From a bacterium (GTDB lineage Bacteria > SM23-31), in NCBI GenBank assembly GCA_965249485.1, contig OZ252239.1, forward strand, positions 3,328,001-3,392,000: 64,000 bases of DNA, given 5' to 3'. Position numbers and translations under genes: made by a program. Of this stretch, positions 20,347-31,404 are shown in pieces (the stretch's first letter is position 1; every line of letters starts with the position of its first letter). Below the pieces are notes generated by a model. The model had not been told where the DNA came from, did no database searches, and was given only the letters and a program-made list of their open reading frames with translations.

Positions 20347-22575
20347 CTATTCAACAACTTCAAAAGTACCGTGGAGTCCTTCATCTGAATTCCAGCCGAC
20401 CCATACGTCGAATATTCCGTGTTCGACAACAAAATTCATGTCCCGGTCGTACATGCCGAGCTCTTCGGATCCTAGGGTGAGTGAAACTGATTTCTGTTGT
20501 CCCGGTTCGAGGTAAATTTTATCAAACCCCTTAAGCTCTTTTACCGGACGGGCAAGACTTGCAACCCTGTCACGGATATAGAGTTGAACAATTTCCTCTC
20601 CTGCCACTTTTCCGGTATTTTCGATGTCCGCCTTTACTGTTACTGTTCCGAACGGACCAATGGTATCTTTGTCGATCGACAGTCCGCTATATCGAAATGT
20701 CGTGTAACTCAATCCAAAACCGAACGAATAGAGAGGAGTGGCTGCAATATCAATATATCCCGCGACGTTTCCGGCATTCGGTAAGGATGACCGTCTATCC
20801 CCCTCTCTCGGCGGCCTGCCTGTCATGCCATGATTATAGTAAATCGGTACCTGCCCGACGTTCCGCGGGAATGTCACCGACAGTTTTCCGGAAGGATTGT
20901 AATCGCCGAACACAACATCGGCAATGCCGTTCCCCGCCTGTAACCCCAGATGCCATGTCTCAAGGATCGCCGGGATGTTCTCAGCCATCCAGGGAATGGT
21001 GAGCGGTCTGCCGTTCATGAGCAGAACAATGACCGGTGTACCAGTCTCATAGACGGCCTGAAGAAGCTTTTTTTGCACTCCGGGAATATCAAGAGATGTC
21101 CTTGAAGCAGCTTCTCCGCTCATTTCAGCGGCTTCACCGACAACAACAAGAGCAACATCGGCATCCCCGGCAATTTCAACAGCTTCAGCAATGTTGCTTT
21201 CATCATCTCCAAGAATTTCACTTCCTTGAGCATATCTTATCCGGGCATTCGGCGCCTTTTTCTGTATTCCCTCCAGCACTGTCACTACATTTTCTCGTCT
21301 GCCGAGAGCCCATGTACCAAGCGGTTCTCTCTTGTTATCAGCCAGCGGCCCGATAACGGCGATCGATCCGATATTTTTCTTGAGCGGCAGGAGATTGCCT
21401 TCATTTTTCAGCAGCACGATCGATTTACGCGCCGCATCACGGGCTGCAGCTATATGCTCCGGCTGTAAGAGAACTTTTTTTCCAAGATCCGGATCGGTAT
21501 AAGGATCATCAAATAATCCGATCATAAATTTGACAGTGAGAATTCTCCTGCACGCCTGGTCAACTGCTGATTCGGGTATGACACCGTCCCGCACAAGCTC
21601 CGGCAGAAACTTTCCAAACAGACCACTGGTCATTTCGGCATCCACACCGGACATAAGTGAGATCTTCGCCGCATCCGCGCTGTCGGCTGCGATACCGTGA
21701 ACAAGGAGTTCCGGTATTGTTTCCCAGTCGGTTACGATAAAGCCTTTGAATCCCCATTCCTTGCGAAGGATATCATTCAATAAATATGAGTTTGCCGCCG
21801 GTGGGAGTCCGTTAAGACTGTTAAAACCGCTCATCAGGGTTAACGCACCCGCTTCTACGCCCGCTTTGAACGGGGGCATATATATCTCACGAAGCGTCCG
21901 TTCGGACATGTCGAGTGAGTTGTATTCTTTTCCGGCGATTGCGGCTCCCCCGCCAACATAATGCTTCAGGCATACGGCAACAGAATGCGGCGAGGTGAGA
22001 TCTGTTCCCTGAAATCCCTTGACTTTCGCCACAGTCAAAACCGCGCCCAGATATGGGTCCTCCCCTGTTCCTTCGGCAATTCGTCCCCACCGCGCATCAC
22101 GCGAAACATCGGCCATCGGTGAGTATGTCCACCGTATGCCTTCGGAGCGTGATTCTTTTGCGGCAATTTCCGCGTTACGGCGGACAAGCTCCGGGTCCCA
22201 TGTGCAGGCTTCACCTAACGGGATGGGAAACGTTGTGCGGTAACCGTGTATAATATCTTCGCTGAAGAGAATTGGGATACTGAGGCGGGATTCCTCGACG
22301 GCAATTCGCTGGATCGTATTTGCCTCATTCACACCAAACAACCGTAAAAACAATCCGACCTCTCCCCTCCTGACCTTTTCAGCGACATCATCGGTGAAAT
22401 CGGAAAAACCGATCGACATCTGCTCAAGCTGACCCACTTTTTCCTCAAGGGTCATGCGTGCCAATAGGTTTTCCACTTTCTCTGCAACACTACTCTGCTG
22501 GGCAAACACAGTATTGATTGCACAGAGACAGTAAACCATGAAAATACAAATTACAATTACACCTCGGTGTTTCAT
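20347..22575 (-). CDS. bglX: GH3 beta-glucosidase, BglX-like
   Basis: DIIHG, RDARWGR, KHYV, VTDW nucleophile, SGEAASR, fn3-like tail ELKGF; signal peptide. Confidence 0.9.
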   Translation of the reverse strand: MKHRGVIVICIFMVYCLCAINTVFAQQSSVAEKVENLLARMTLEEKVGQLEQMSIGFSDFTDDVAEKVRRGEVGLFLRLFGVNEANTIQRIAVEESRLSIPILFSEDIIHGYRTTFPIPLGEACTWDPELVRRNAEIAAKESRSEGIRWTYSPMADVSRDARWGRIAEGTGEDPYLGAVLTVAKVKGFQGTDLTSPHSVAVCLKHYVGGGAAIAGKEYNSLDMSERTLREIYMPPFKAGVEAGALTLMSGFNSLNGLPPAANSYLLNDILRKEWGFKGFIVTDWETIPELLVHGIAADSADAAKISLMSGVDAEMTSGLFGKFLPELVRDGVIPESAVDQACRRILTVKFMIGLFDDPYTDPDLGKKVLLQPEHIAAARDAARKSIVLLKNEGNLLPLKKNIGSIAVIGPLADNKREPLGTWALGRRENVVTVLEGIQKKAPNARIRYAQGSEILGDDESNIAEAVEIAGDADVALVVVGEAAEMSGEAASRTSLDIPGVQKKLLQAVYETGTPVIVLLMNGRPLTIPWMAENIPAILETWHLGLQAGNGIADVVFGDYNPSGKLSVTFPRNVGQVPIYYNHGMTGRPPREGDRRSSLPNAGNVAGYIDIAATPLYSFGFGLSYTTFRYSGLSIDKDTIGPFGTVTVKADIENTGKVAGEEIVQLYIRDRVASLARPVKELKGFDKIYLEPGQQKSVSLTLGSEELGMYDRDMNFVVEHGIFDVWVGWNSDEGLHGTFEVVE

Positions 22576-22608
22576 ACATCCCCTCATTATTTTCTATCGC
22601 CTTATCCA

Positions 22609-23106
22609 TTAAGGTTTGACAGCGATCATCTGTAGCTCGACCTGTGCGCCGACGTTTAATGCTGCAACTTGTACGGTAGCTCTCGCCGGAGGATCACCTG
22701 GAAAAAACTCCCGATATACCGCATTGAATTTCGGAAAGTCGTTTATCTTTGCTATGAAGGCTGTCACTGACACGACATTTTTGAAATCCATGTCAGCCAT
22801 TTTCAAAACCTCACTAATGTTCGCCATTATCTGCCGTGTTTCGGGCTCGATACCTCCATCAACCAGCTCAGTAGTGATTGGATCTCGTCCAAGGTGACCG
22901 GAAATATAAAGTGTGTTACCGACGAGGATGCCCGGACTGTAGGGGAATCCAAAATATGGATACGTCTCAGGACTAATAACCGTGCGTACATCTTCCGACT
23001 GCGGCATAGGCTCCATGGTACCGGACATATTCGTTGCATAAATTCCAATAATAAGACCTGCTAAACCAGCCAATACAGCAACGACAATACGATTACCCCA
23101 TATCAT
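22609..23106 (-). CDS. RidA/YjgF-family protein with N-terminal hydrophobic helix
   Basis: PYSPG, LYISG, FNAVY, PPARA, VE. Confidence 0.85.
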   Translation of the reverse strand: MIWGNRIVVAVLAGLAGLIIGIYATNMSGTMEPMPQSEDVRTVISPETYPYFGFPYSPGILVGNTLYISGHLGRDPITTELVDGGIEPETRQIMANISEVLKMADMDFKNVVSVTAFIAKINDFPKFNAVYREFFPGDPPARATVQVAALNVGAQVELQMIAVKP

Positions 23107-23447
23107 AATGCTCCTCCTTCTCTTACGTTACGCGAATAAAATTTATGTGGAATGACGATTAGATATGATAGTTATAAATTAATAATCTGAGGAAAGAATC
23201 AAGAACAAACCTATTATATTATAATCTGAAAGTCAAATGATATTATAGGTAAGTAATAGTGTAGTACAAAAATATTTAATTTTCATTAAAAAAATTGTTT
23301 GTTTTATTAAAAGTATTCTGTAATATTTATCCACTACCATCCTTAAAACGTCAATATTTCAATCCTGATTATACGTAGTAGTATAACACATGCCCCATTA
23401 AATGAATCAATACACAAAAACGCAATAAATTACCAGGAGACCTATTC

Positions 23448-24329
23448 ATGACCACTCTAAGAATAACGTTCGTTATGAAACAGATTAAGGTATTTATGTA
23501 CTGCATCATGGTTGGAGCCTGTGTTTTTTCAACCACAGTCGAAACAACAATCGCTCAAAATTCTATGACGAAATATGTCAGGTACAATTACATGGGGGCT
23601 GATTCTTACGGCGTGTTAAGGGGCGACGTAATTCACGCGCTTGATGGCGATTTTATACATTCATCGAGGGAAACAGGGGTAATCATACCATTGTCAAATG
23701 TTCGACTTCTCTCGCCCGTAGTACCTTCGAAAATTATTGCTGTCGGTTTGAATTACAAGAGCCATCTGGGAGAAAGACCAGCATCGGAATATCCCGGACT
23801 GTTTGCAAAATATCCTTCGTCTATCATTGCCCAAAATGAAGCTATTGAAATACCATCCGATGCAAAAAATTTACATTACGAAGGTGAACTTGTGATCGTA
23901 ATCGGGAAAGAAGCAAAAAATATTTCAGCTGCCGATGCTCGTGATTACATATTCGGCGTAACAGTCGGAAATGACGTAAGTGAGCGGGACTGGCAGCTGA
24001 GCGATCTGCAATGGTTGCGGGCTAAAGCCTCCGATACGTTTTCTCCCGTCGGTCCGGTTATTGTGCAAGGTCTTAATTATAACGATCTTTTACTCGAGAC
24101 AAGACTCAATGGAAAAACCGTGCAATCGGAAAGGACACAAGATCTGCTTTTTAATGTTGATACGATTATGAGTTATGTAACCACGTATTTTACGCTGATG
24201 CCCGGGGATATTATTTTTACGGGAACACCCGGAAGTACGCTGCCGATGAAACCGGGTGATGTTGTTGAAGTAGAAATCGAAGGTGTAGGGATACTTCGAA
24301 ACCATGTACGTGCAGCGTCAAAAAATTAA
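23448..24329 (+). CDS. Fumarylacetoacetate hydrolase family protein
   Basis: VGLNY, HYEGEL, NDVSERD, RAKASDTF, TGTPG; RBS AGGAG. Confidence 0.9.
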   Translation: MTTLRITFVMKQIKVFMYCIMVGACVFSTTVETTIAQNSMTKYVRYNYMGADSYGVLRGDVIHALDGDFIHSSRETGVIIPLSNVRLLSPVVPSKIIAVGLNYKSHLGERPASEYPGLFAKYPSSIIAQNEAIEIPSDAKNLHYEGELVIVIGKEAKNISAADARDYIFGVTVGNDVSERDWQLSDLQWLRAKASDTFSPVGPVIVQGLNYNDLLLETRLNGKTVQSERTQDLLFNVDTIMSYVTTYFTLMPGDIIFTGTPGSTLPMKPGDVVEVEIEGVGILRNHVRAASKN

Positions 24330-24455
24330 GAATACTCAGAGTAATTTCATTGAACGTTTTTGAAAATCAATCTGAATAAATAATACCCTCTAAATCAATA
24401 ACAAATAAAGCTTTTAGTTTTTCCAACTCTATTTTTCTCGCGTCCTTTTCACAAT

Positions 24456-24773
24456 TTAGTTTGACCATACACCATAATCTTCTTTTCTTAATTTCTTTGT
24501 AAGCATTCGTTCTGCAGTTTCCGACATTTCGCGCTTCTTGAAAGGATTGTAAATCTCAAACAATTCCGGAAGTAATTGAATTCCAAACTCCCGTACCCAC
24601 CAGGAAGATTTATGACCTTTGTAGTGCTGCTTTTCTCTCACTTTAGGGGGGCGGACAGATTGACCAACATAAACACACGGTTTTGTTGAATCCATAGAGG
24701 GATTTGCTTTACGAAATTTTCTTATGGTTCTCACTCTGTCCTCAAGCTCAATTACATATACATAGAACGGCAT
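24456..24773 (-). CDS. Small GIY-YIG-like nuclease family protein
   Basis: YVYVIEL ... VYVGQS ... R..QH ... E pattern. Confidence 0.65.
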   Translation of the reverse strand: MPFYVYVIELEDRVRTIRKFRKANPSMDSTKPCVYVGQSVRPPKVREKQHYKGHKSSWWVREFGIQLLPELFEIYNPFKKREMSETAERMLTKKLRKEDYGVWSN

Positions 24774-25108
24774 AGTGGTGTGTAGGTTGTTTTAGAAAAA
24801 GAATAATTTCAAGGTTAAATCTGTCCAGCTTGTTCTAAAGACATACTCAATAGAGTGCACCATAATTGAAGTAAATAAAATCAGATAAAGCAAATAGTAT
24901 TAACTATAAATAAAAAATCCGTATTAAATTTTTCCATTTCATACATGAAAAGATTAAAATTCTTGTTTATTTCCAATATGTCTCTTATACTTAAAGTAAT
25001 CCTGCCTAAAAAAAATTACATTGCTTCAGATATACGTGTTGGTTAGAATCATTGCATTAGAACATGTATAACCAAATAAAATTGAATCACCAATAATAAG
25101 GATTCATA

Positions 25109-26794
25109 ATGTCATCTACAATTCGACGTCGGGAATTTATGGAATTAATGGGTGCGGGAATAATAGCAATGTCGCTGCCCCAATGCGTTTCCCAAAAAAC
25201 CGGGCAAACAAGACCCAATATTCTCTGGTTAAGCATTGAAGACATAAGTCCCGACCTTCGATGTTATGGAAATAATGAAGTTTTCACTCCGAATATAGAC
25301 AGGTTTGCACAGGAAGGCGTCAGATTCACCAATGCTTTCACCTGCTCACCCGTTTGTTCACCGAACAGGTCTTCCATCATAACCGGGATGTACCCCACGT
25401 CAATAGGTTCGATGCACATGCCAACAAGGCATGTCTATCCTAAATCATTTCAGCACATTGACTATGAAACTGTCCCGCCGCCGTACGTTAAATGTTTTAC
25501 TGAATACCTGCGCGCTGAAGGATATTACTGTACAAACCGGGATAAGACCGATCATCAGTTTCAAGCGCCCTTGACGGCATGGGATGCGAATACGGATGAA
25601 GACCGGACGTGGTATATGAACGATTCCATTCCTCTTGATTGGAACGGCAGAGCTCAGGGACAACCGTTTTTCACCGTAATAAACCTGCATGGTACGCACG
25701 AAGGTGAAATCCGGCGGGTCCGTGACAAAGAACCGGACAAAGACCCGAACAGCGTGACGCTCCCCCCTTACTATCCCGATACACCTCTTGTACGCAGAGA
25801 TTGGGTCAGATACCTGGACGGTATTGAAAAAGTGGACATACAGGTCGACGATGTTCTCAAGCGTCTGGAACGTGACGGGCTTGCTGAAAGCACCGTTGTA
25901 TTTCTCTGGAGCGACCATGGGCGGGGTTTGCCCCGTGGAAAACGGTGGATATACGACTCAGGAATTCACATTCCTCTCATGGTGCGGTGGCCGGGAGTCA
26001 TAAAACCTGGAACGGTTAGTACAGACCTTGTCAGTTCGGTAGATTTTGGCCCGACCGTTCTCTCCGTTGCGGATGTCGAGGTCCCTTCCTACATGCAGGG
26101 GCAGGCGTTCCTCGGAGAACAAAAAGCAGGACCTCGTGATTACATTTATGCGCACCGTGACCGAATGGACGAAGCGTATGACATGATTCGCTGTGTGCGA
26201 GATAAGCAGTATAAATACATCCGGAATTTTCAGCCCGAGAAACCGTATGCACAGCACATAGAATACATGGATAAAACACCAACCATGCAGGAATGGAGAA
26301 GGCTTGCCGCGGAAGGCAAGCTTGAAGGTGCGCAAAAATTGTTTTTTCAGGAAACCAAGCCCTTAGAAGAATTGTACGACATAGTAAAAGATCCTCATGA
26401 AATAAACAACCTTGCTGAAAACGCTGAATATAGTGTTATTATTGAGCGAATGCGCAGTTCACTTGATACATGGATGAGCGACGTTAACGACCTCGGGCAT
26501 ATCCCCGAACTGGAACTTATAGAACGAATGGAACCCGGAGGAATACAGCCGAAGACTGCAGAACCTGTAATATCCCCGAAGGGCGGTACGCATGCCGGTT
26601 CTGTTTCCGTACAACTCTCCTGTCCGACAGAAGGTGCTTCGATCGCCTATACAACAGAAGAAGGAGATGACCCCCACTGGCTTCTCTACTCTCGTGAAAT
26701 AAAATTAACCGGGACCGCCAAAATCCGCGCTCGCGCTATACGGATCGGATATGAAGAGAGTCCGGAAATTCAAGCTGAGTTCAGAATAACGTAA
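25109..26794 (+). CDS. Cys-type sulfatase with Tat leader and C-terminal CHB_HEX_C/fn3-like domain
   Basis: RRREF, CSPNR, SDHG, EELYD..DPHE. Confidence 0.92.
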   Translation: MSSTIRRREFMELMGAGIIAMSLPQCVSQKTGQTRPNILWLSIEDISPDLRCYGNNEVFTPNIDRFAQEGVRFTNAFTCSPVCSPNRSSIITGMYPTSIGSMHMPTRHVYPKSFQHIDYETVPPPYVKCFTEYLRAEGYYCTNRDKTDHQFQAPLTAWDANTDEDRTWYMNDSIPLDWNGRAQGQPFFTVINLHGTHEGEIRRVRDKEPDKDPNSVTLPPYYPDTPLVRRDWVRYLDGIEKVDIQVDDVLKRLERDGLAESTVVFLWSDHGRGLPRGKRWIYDSGIHIPLMVRWPGVIKPGTVSTDLVSSVDFGPTVLSVADVEVPSYMQGQAFLGEQKAGPRDYIYAHRDRMDEAYDMIRCVRDKQYKYIRNFQPEKPYAQHIEYMDKTPTMQEWRRLAAEGKLEGAQKLFFQETKPLEELYDIVKDPHEINNLAENAEYSVIIERMRSSLDTWMSDVNDLGHIPELELIERMEPGGIQPKTAEPVISPKGGTHAGSVSVQLSCPTEGASIAYTTEEGDDPHWLLYSREIKLTGTAKIRARAIRIGYEESPEIQAEFRIT

Positions 26795-26823
26795 ATAATA
26801 TTTAAACCGGGAAGTATATTACA

Positions 26824-28272
26824 ATGAATACAAAGAGTTCACTACTCGTTTTGTCAGGGCTGCTCTTTCTGCTGACGTTCATCAACTCGTATGCTCAGGA
26901 TTTCGGTATTGAATCTGTTGAGGACAGTAAAAATATTTTTTCACTCCTGGAACGGGTAAAGATTATGAACCGCCTTTTGCTATTGAAGCAGGAAACCGTC
27001 CTTCCGGAAGTCATGAGGCGCAGTGGAATAGACATGTGGATAGTCCGTAATAATGAAACAGCTTTTTATCTTGCACTATTACAATCAGAAGAAGACGGTC
27101 TTGTCAAACGAATGCCCCCCTTCCTGATTTTTTTTGACAGAGGGGAAGAAGCCGGAATTGAATGGTTGTCAGGCAGATTTGACGATCTTACGGGAATAAT
27201 TAAAGAACGGGATCCAAAAAAGATCGGAATAAATGAGGAACACAAATGGGAACCGTATAACTACGGATTTTCCGAAACTCATAAAGCTGAACTGGAAAGC
27301 CGGATCGGTACTACGTACGCTTCGCGGTTAGTCTCTGCGAAAATGTTGAGCATCTGGTGGCATGAAGCAAGAACTCCCGAAGAGCTGAGCGTTTTCAGAC
27401 ACGTTGTCGGTGTCGCCCACGATGTTATAGCTGAAGCTTTTTCAAATAAAGTAGTTATCCCCGATGTTACGACCACGGTTGATCTGAACTGGTGGATGAG
27501 ACAAAAATATCTCGATCTTGGGATAGACATACGGTCGCATACCACAATAACGCTCCAGAGAAGCTCTATAGAGCGGGAAAAATATGATGACGACGATTAT
27601 TATTTTAGCTTTCTGGATGAACGGTATAAGACTGATCCCGCTCCAATAGAGGGATTGAATACGGTTATAAGACGCGGCGATCTGATTTTCTGCGATACAG
27701 GGATTATGTATCTCGGCCTCAATACGGATATCCAGCAGATGGCATATGTCTTAAAAGATGGTGAAACGGATGCTCCGGAAGGTCTCAAAGTGGCGCTGCG
27801 GCACGTCAACAGATTGCAGGACCTTGTCAGTGCAGAAATGAAACAGGGACGTACCGGAAGCGATATAGGATGGACTGCCGTGGAAAACGCGAAAAAAGAA
27901 GGAATCCGGCCAAAAGTTTACTGTCACCCCCTCAGCTATTATTTCCGTCGTTATGGTCCTATAGGAGGATTTTTGTCGGGAGAGCCATTTTATGCCGGCA
28001 CGTATATACACTCGGAAAGGAGAAGCGAGGGGAACAGGCGGAGGGAACGCCCCCGGTTTGATCTACGGGTACCGACGACATTTGAAGTAGCCAGCCCTGA
28101 AAACCCGCTACAATATAATACCGTCTATGCCTTTGAAATGGATATACAGTACGAAGTGCCGGAATGGGACAATCAAAATGTCATTATATTTTCCGAAACG
28201 ACCATGGCGTTTACACCGCAAGGGATGATGTATCCGGATGGCAGACAGACCGAATATTATTTGATAAAATAA
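26824..28272 (+). CDS. Exported M24-like (Xaa-Pro) peptidase
   Basis: GDLIFCDTG, TDIQQMAY, YCHP and AFE metal-ligand pattern; signal peptide. Confidence 0.75.
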   Translation: MNTKSSLLVLSGLLFLLTFINSYAQDFGIESVEDSKNIFSLLERVKIMNRLLLLKQETVLPEVMRRSGIDMWIVRNNETAFYLALLQSEEDGLVKRMPPFLIFFDRGEEAGIEWLSGRFDDLTGIIKERDPKKIGINEEHKWEPYNYGFSETHKAELESRIGTTYASRLVSAKMLSIWWHEARTPEELSVFRHVVGVAHDVIAEAFSNKVVIPDVTTTVDLNWWMRQKYLDLGIDIRSHTTITLQRSSIEREKYDDDDYYFSFLDERYKTDPAPIEGLNTVIRRGDLIFCDTGIMYLGLNTDIQQMAYVLKDGETDAPEGLKVALRHVNRLQDLVSAEMKQGRTGSDIGWTAVENAKKEGIRPKVYCHPLSYYFRRYGPIGGFLSGEPFYAGTYIHSERRSEGNRRRERPRFDLRVPTTFEVASPENPLQYNTVYAFEMDIQYEVPEWDNQNVIIFSETTMAFTPQGMMYPDGRQTEYYLIK

Positions 28273-28289
28273 CGTAATAGGATAGAATT

Positions 28290-29726
28290 ATGAAAAAAAA
28301 GAAAGCAAAAACGCAATTACTTCGACGGGAATTTCTTAAGAAAGTCGCCGTTGGTACCGGTGGATTGCTTGCTGCACCGTACCTTCCCTACTGCGGAAAA
28401 TCTGTTGAGAGTAATCCGAATATCATAATTATATTTACCGATGACCAGGGTTACGAGGACCTCGGATCGTACGGATCGCCGCTGATCAAGACTCCGAATA
28501 TCGATACTATGGCAGGAGAAGGAGTGCGGTTCACAGATTTTTACTCTGCCAACTCAGTGTGTTCTCCCTCCCGTGCGTCTCTTCTCACCGGCTGTTATCC
28601 GACTCGAGTCGGCATTCCCGATGTTCTCTTCCCCTACGACACTGAGGGTCTTAACACTGATGAAATAACGATTGCCGAATTGCTCAAAGATCGCGGATAC
28701 GCGACTGCCTGCATTGGTAAGTGGCACCTGGGACATAAACAAAAATTCCTTCCTACACGACATGGATTTGATACCTATTATGGTATTCCCTACAGTAACG
28801 ATATGGAAATTGATCCTACTATGGAGCTTGCAGATGACATTACATTAAACGAAGGTATGACAATCGAACGTTTACGAACTGAAGAACCACGAGGCAACTG
28901 GGTGCCCCTGATGCAGGACGAACAAATCATTGAATACCCCTGCGAACAATCTACCCTGACGAAACGCTATACGGATAAAGCATTAGAATTTATTACGGCA
29001 CACCAAAAAGAGCCGTTCTTTCTCTATATCCCGCACACAATGCCCCATATTCCGTTGTTTGCTTCTAAGGCGTTCGAAGGCAAAAGCGAGCGTGGACTCT
29101 ATGGCGATGTTATTGAAGAAATCGATTGGAGTGTTGGCGAGATACTGAAAAAGTTGAAAGAATTGAACCTCAATGAAAATACGCTGGTAATTTTTACTAC
29201 TGACAATGGCCCGTGGTTAAGTGAGAAAGAAAATGGTGGGAGCGCTCTGCCGCTTCACGGTGGTAAATTCGAGACGTATGAAGGTGGAATGCGTGTACCG
29301 TGCGTAATGCGCTGGCCGGGAAAAATTCCAGCCGGAACCGAATGTTCCGAAGTTGCGGGCACTATCGATTTTCTACCAACTGTTGCAACGCTTGCGGGAT
29401 CGGCTGTTCCCGGCGACAGAGTCATTGACGGCAGGGATATATGGCCGATAATGAGTTCTGCTCCCGGAGCCCATTCTCCTCACGAGGCCTATTTCTATTA
29501 TAGTATAAACACGCTTGAAGCAGTCCGAACTGATAAGTGGAAACTCCGGCGCGTGGAAGGAGTTACGGAACTGTATGACCTCGACAATGATATGTCTGAG
29601 ACAAGGAACCTAGCGGAAGAAAATCCCGAAATTGTAGAGCAGCTCAGCACGATTATGGAACAATTTGACCGTGATTTGAAAGCAAATGCCAGGCCGCCTG
29701 GTCAATGGTCAGCGGAAATGGGTTAG
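28290..29726 (+). CDS. Arylsulfatase, Cys-type, Tat leader
   Basis: LRREFL, DDQG, CSPSR, GKWHLG, DNGPW. Confidence 0.93.
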   Translation: MKKKKAKTQLLRREFLKKVAVGTGGLLAAPYLPYCGKSVESNPNIIIIFTDDQGYEDLGSYGSPLIKTPNIDTMAGEGVRFTDFYSANSVCSPSRASLLTGCYPTRVGIPDVLFPYDTEGLNTDEITIAELLKDRGYATACIGKWHLGHKQKFLPTRHGFDTYYGIPYSNDMEIDPTMELADDITLNEGMTIERLRTEEPRGNWVPLMQDEQIIEYPCEQSTLTKRYTDKALEFITAHQKEPFFLYIPHTMPHIPLFASKAFEGKSERGLYGDVIEEIDWSVGEILKKLKELNLNENTLVIFTTDNGPWLSEKENGGSALPLHGGKFETYEGGMRVPCVMRWPGKIPAGTECSEVAGTIDFLPTVATLAGSAVPGDRVIDGRDIWPIMSSAPGAHSPHEAYFYYSINTLEAVRTDKWKLRRVEGVTELYDLDNDMSETRNLAEENPEIVEQLSTIMEQFDRDLKANARPPGQWSAEMG

Positions 29727-29785
29727 ATACTTCAAATTGGTTGACTAAAGTATAAAAAAATTGTATTCTTAATCCAACGAGCATC

Positions 29786-31063
29786 ATGAACAATACAACA
29801 ACATATCCTCAAAAACCTCTCAATTCAGTCCTGATAAAACCATCCGGACCCGATTGCAATATGGACTGCGTCTATTGCTTCTATTTGGAGAAGTCTGAAT
29901 TATATCCTCAAGCAAAAAAACACAGGATGAACGAGGATGTACTGAAGAAAATGACCCAGCAGTTATTATCCCAAAATATACCGTTACTCTCTATTGGATG
30001 GCAGGGAGGGGAACCTACCTTAATGGGGCTTCCGTTCTTTGAAAAAGCGATCGAATATCAAATGCAATTCGGTAATGGGAAAACAGTCTCAAACGGCTTT
30101 CAAACCAACGGCATTCTTCTTGATAAAAGCTGGGCGCACTATTTCAAAAAATATAATTTTCTCATTGGTCTCTCGCTTGATGGCCCTGAATATATTCATG
30201 ACTATTACCGGGTACTGAACAGCGGTGAAGGTACATGGTCGAAAGTTGTCGACCGTGCGAAGCTGCTCCTCGACAATGATGTAAATGTTAACGCGATGAT
30301 AGTTCTGAACGACCAAAATACGCAGCATGTCGAAGAAATTTATAATTTTCATAAATCTTTAGGCTTGAATCACATGCAGTTTATACCCTGTATGGAAACA
30401 GAAGATGATAGTACGACACAAGTGAAATCATTTTCTATTAACCCTGAAAGATTTGGTACGGCACTGTGTACGTTGTTTGACCTGTGGAGAGCGGATTTTG
30501 TCAATGATGAGCCGACAACATTCATACGGTTCTTCGACTCGATTTTTTACTCGTATGTTGATCTTACCCCGCCGGATTGTACACTACTCAAAGAATGCGG
30601 TAACTATGTCGTTGTTGAACACAACGGTGACGTGTATTCATGCGATTTTTATGTAGAGCCGCAGCAGTTGCTGGGGAATGTTAATGAGCACGATATTGTT
30701 GAAATGGCAAATTCCGGGCAACAAAATGCGTTCGGCAGTGCGAAAGCCGTTCTCTCGACCGAATGTAAAACCTGTGAATGGCTAAAACACTGCAGGGGTG
30801 GATGTCCTAAGTACCGGACCATTCAGACTGACACTGAGGATCTTCTCTACTTTTGCTCGTCGTATAAACAATTCTTTAATCATGCCGATAGTGAACTGAA
30901 AAAAATTGCGGAAAACTGGAATAACCAACGTAAAGAAGAAGTAATCGCACAGCGAAAAGACGCTATTAAATCCTTTGCGGCAACAGTGGGAAAAATTAAA
31001 AGAAACGATCTCTGTCCATGCCGCAGCGGGAAAAAATATAAACACTGCTGTGGAATTTTATAA
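29786..31063 (+). CDS. Anaerobic sulfatase maturase (radical SAM/SPASM) with C-terminal SEC-C motif
   Basis: CNMDCVYC, WQGGEP, SPASM cysteines, RNDLCPCRSGKKYKHCC. Confidence 0.93.
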   Translation: MNNTTTYPQKPLNSVLIKPSGPDCNMDCVYCFYLEKSELYPQAKKHRMNEDVLKKMTQQLLSQNIPLLSIGWQGGEPTLMGLPFFEKAIEYQMQFGNGKTVSNGFQTNGILLDKSWAHYFKKYNFLIGLSLDGPEYIHDYYRVLNSGEGTWSKVVDRAKLLLDNDVNVNAMIVLNDQNTQHVEEIYNFHKSLGLNHMQFIPCMETEDDSTTQVKSFSINPERFGTALCTLFDLWRADFVNDEPTTFIRFFDSIFYSYVDLTPPDCTLLKECGNYVVVEHNGDVYSCDFYVEPQQLLGNVNEHDIVEMANSGQQNAFGSAKAVLSTECKTCEWLKHCRGGCPKYRTIQTDTEDLLYFCSSYKQFFNHADSELKKIAENWNNQRKEEVIAQRKDAIKSFAATVGKIKRNDLCPCRSGKKYKHCCGIL

Positions 31064-31216
31064 ATAAAAAATGACTACAAAATCTAACTCGGAGACTGTG
31101 TATTACATAGTAAGGTTTGCATTGTGTACTTACATCCGTTTTCTCATCAATGTAGAAAATTGATCTCACCTTAATTCCAAATACCCTACCCAAATTGTTC
31201 TGATCCGCTACGAAAT

Positions 31217-31325
31217 GCATGGCTACAGTATATATTTTTAGCAATTTTCATGTCACATACGCCATAAATAACACCTTTTCACACCAATAATGGCAAGAAA
31301 TGGCAAGCTTTTTTTAATTAACAAT
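31217..31325. repeat. 109-bp direct repeat, copy A (probable island end)
   Basis: Ungapped match to 43307-43415, 89/109 by manual count; contains tandem TGGCAAG. Confidence 0.8.
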
Positions 31326-31404
31326 TATCGAGAATAAGCAAATATTATTTGACTCCTTAGGCTGTACGCAAGTACCTCTTCAACATGAACGATAATCATG
31401 GGAT

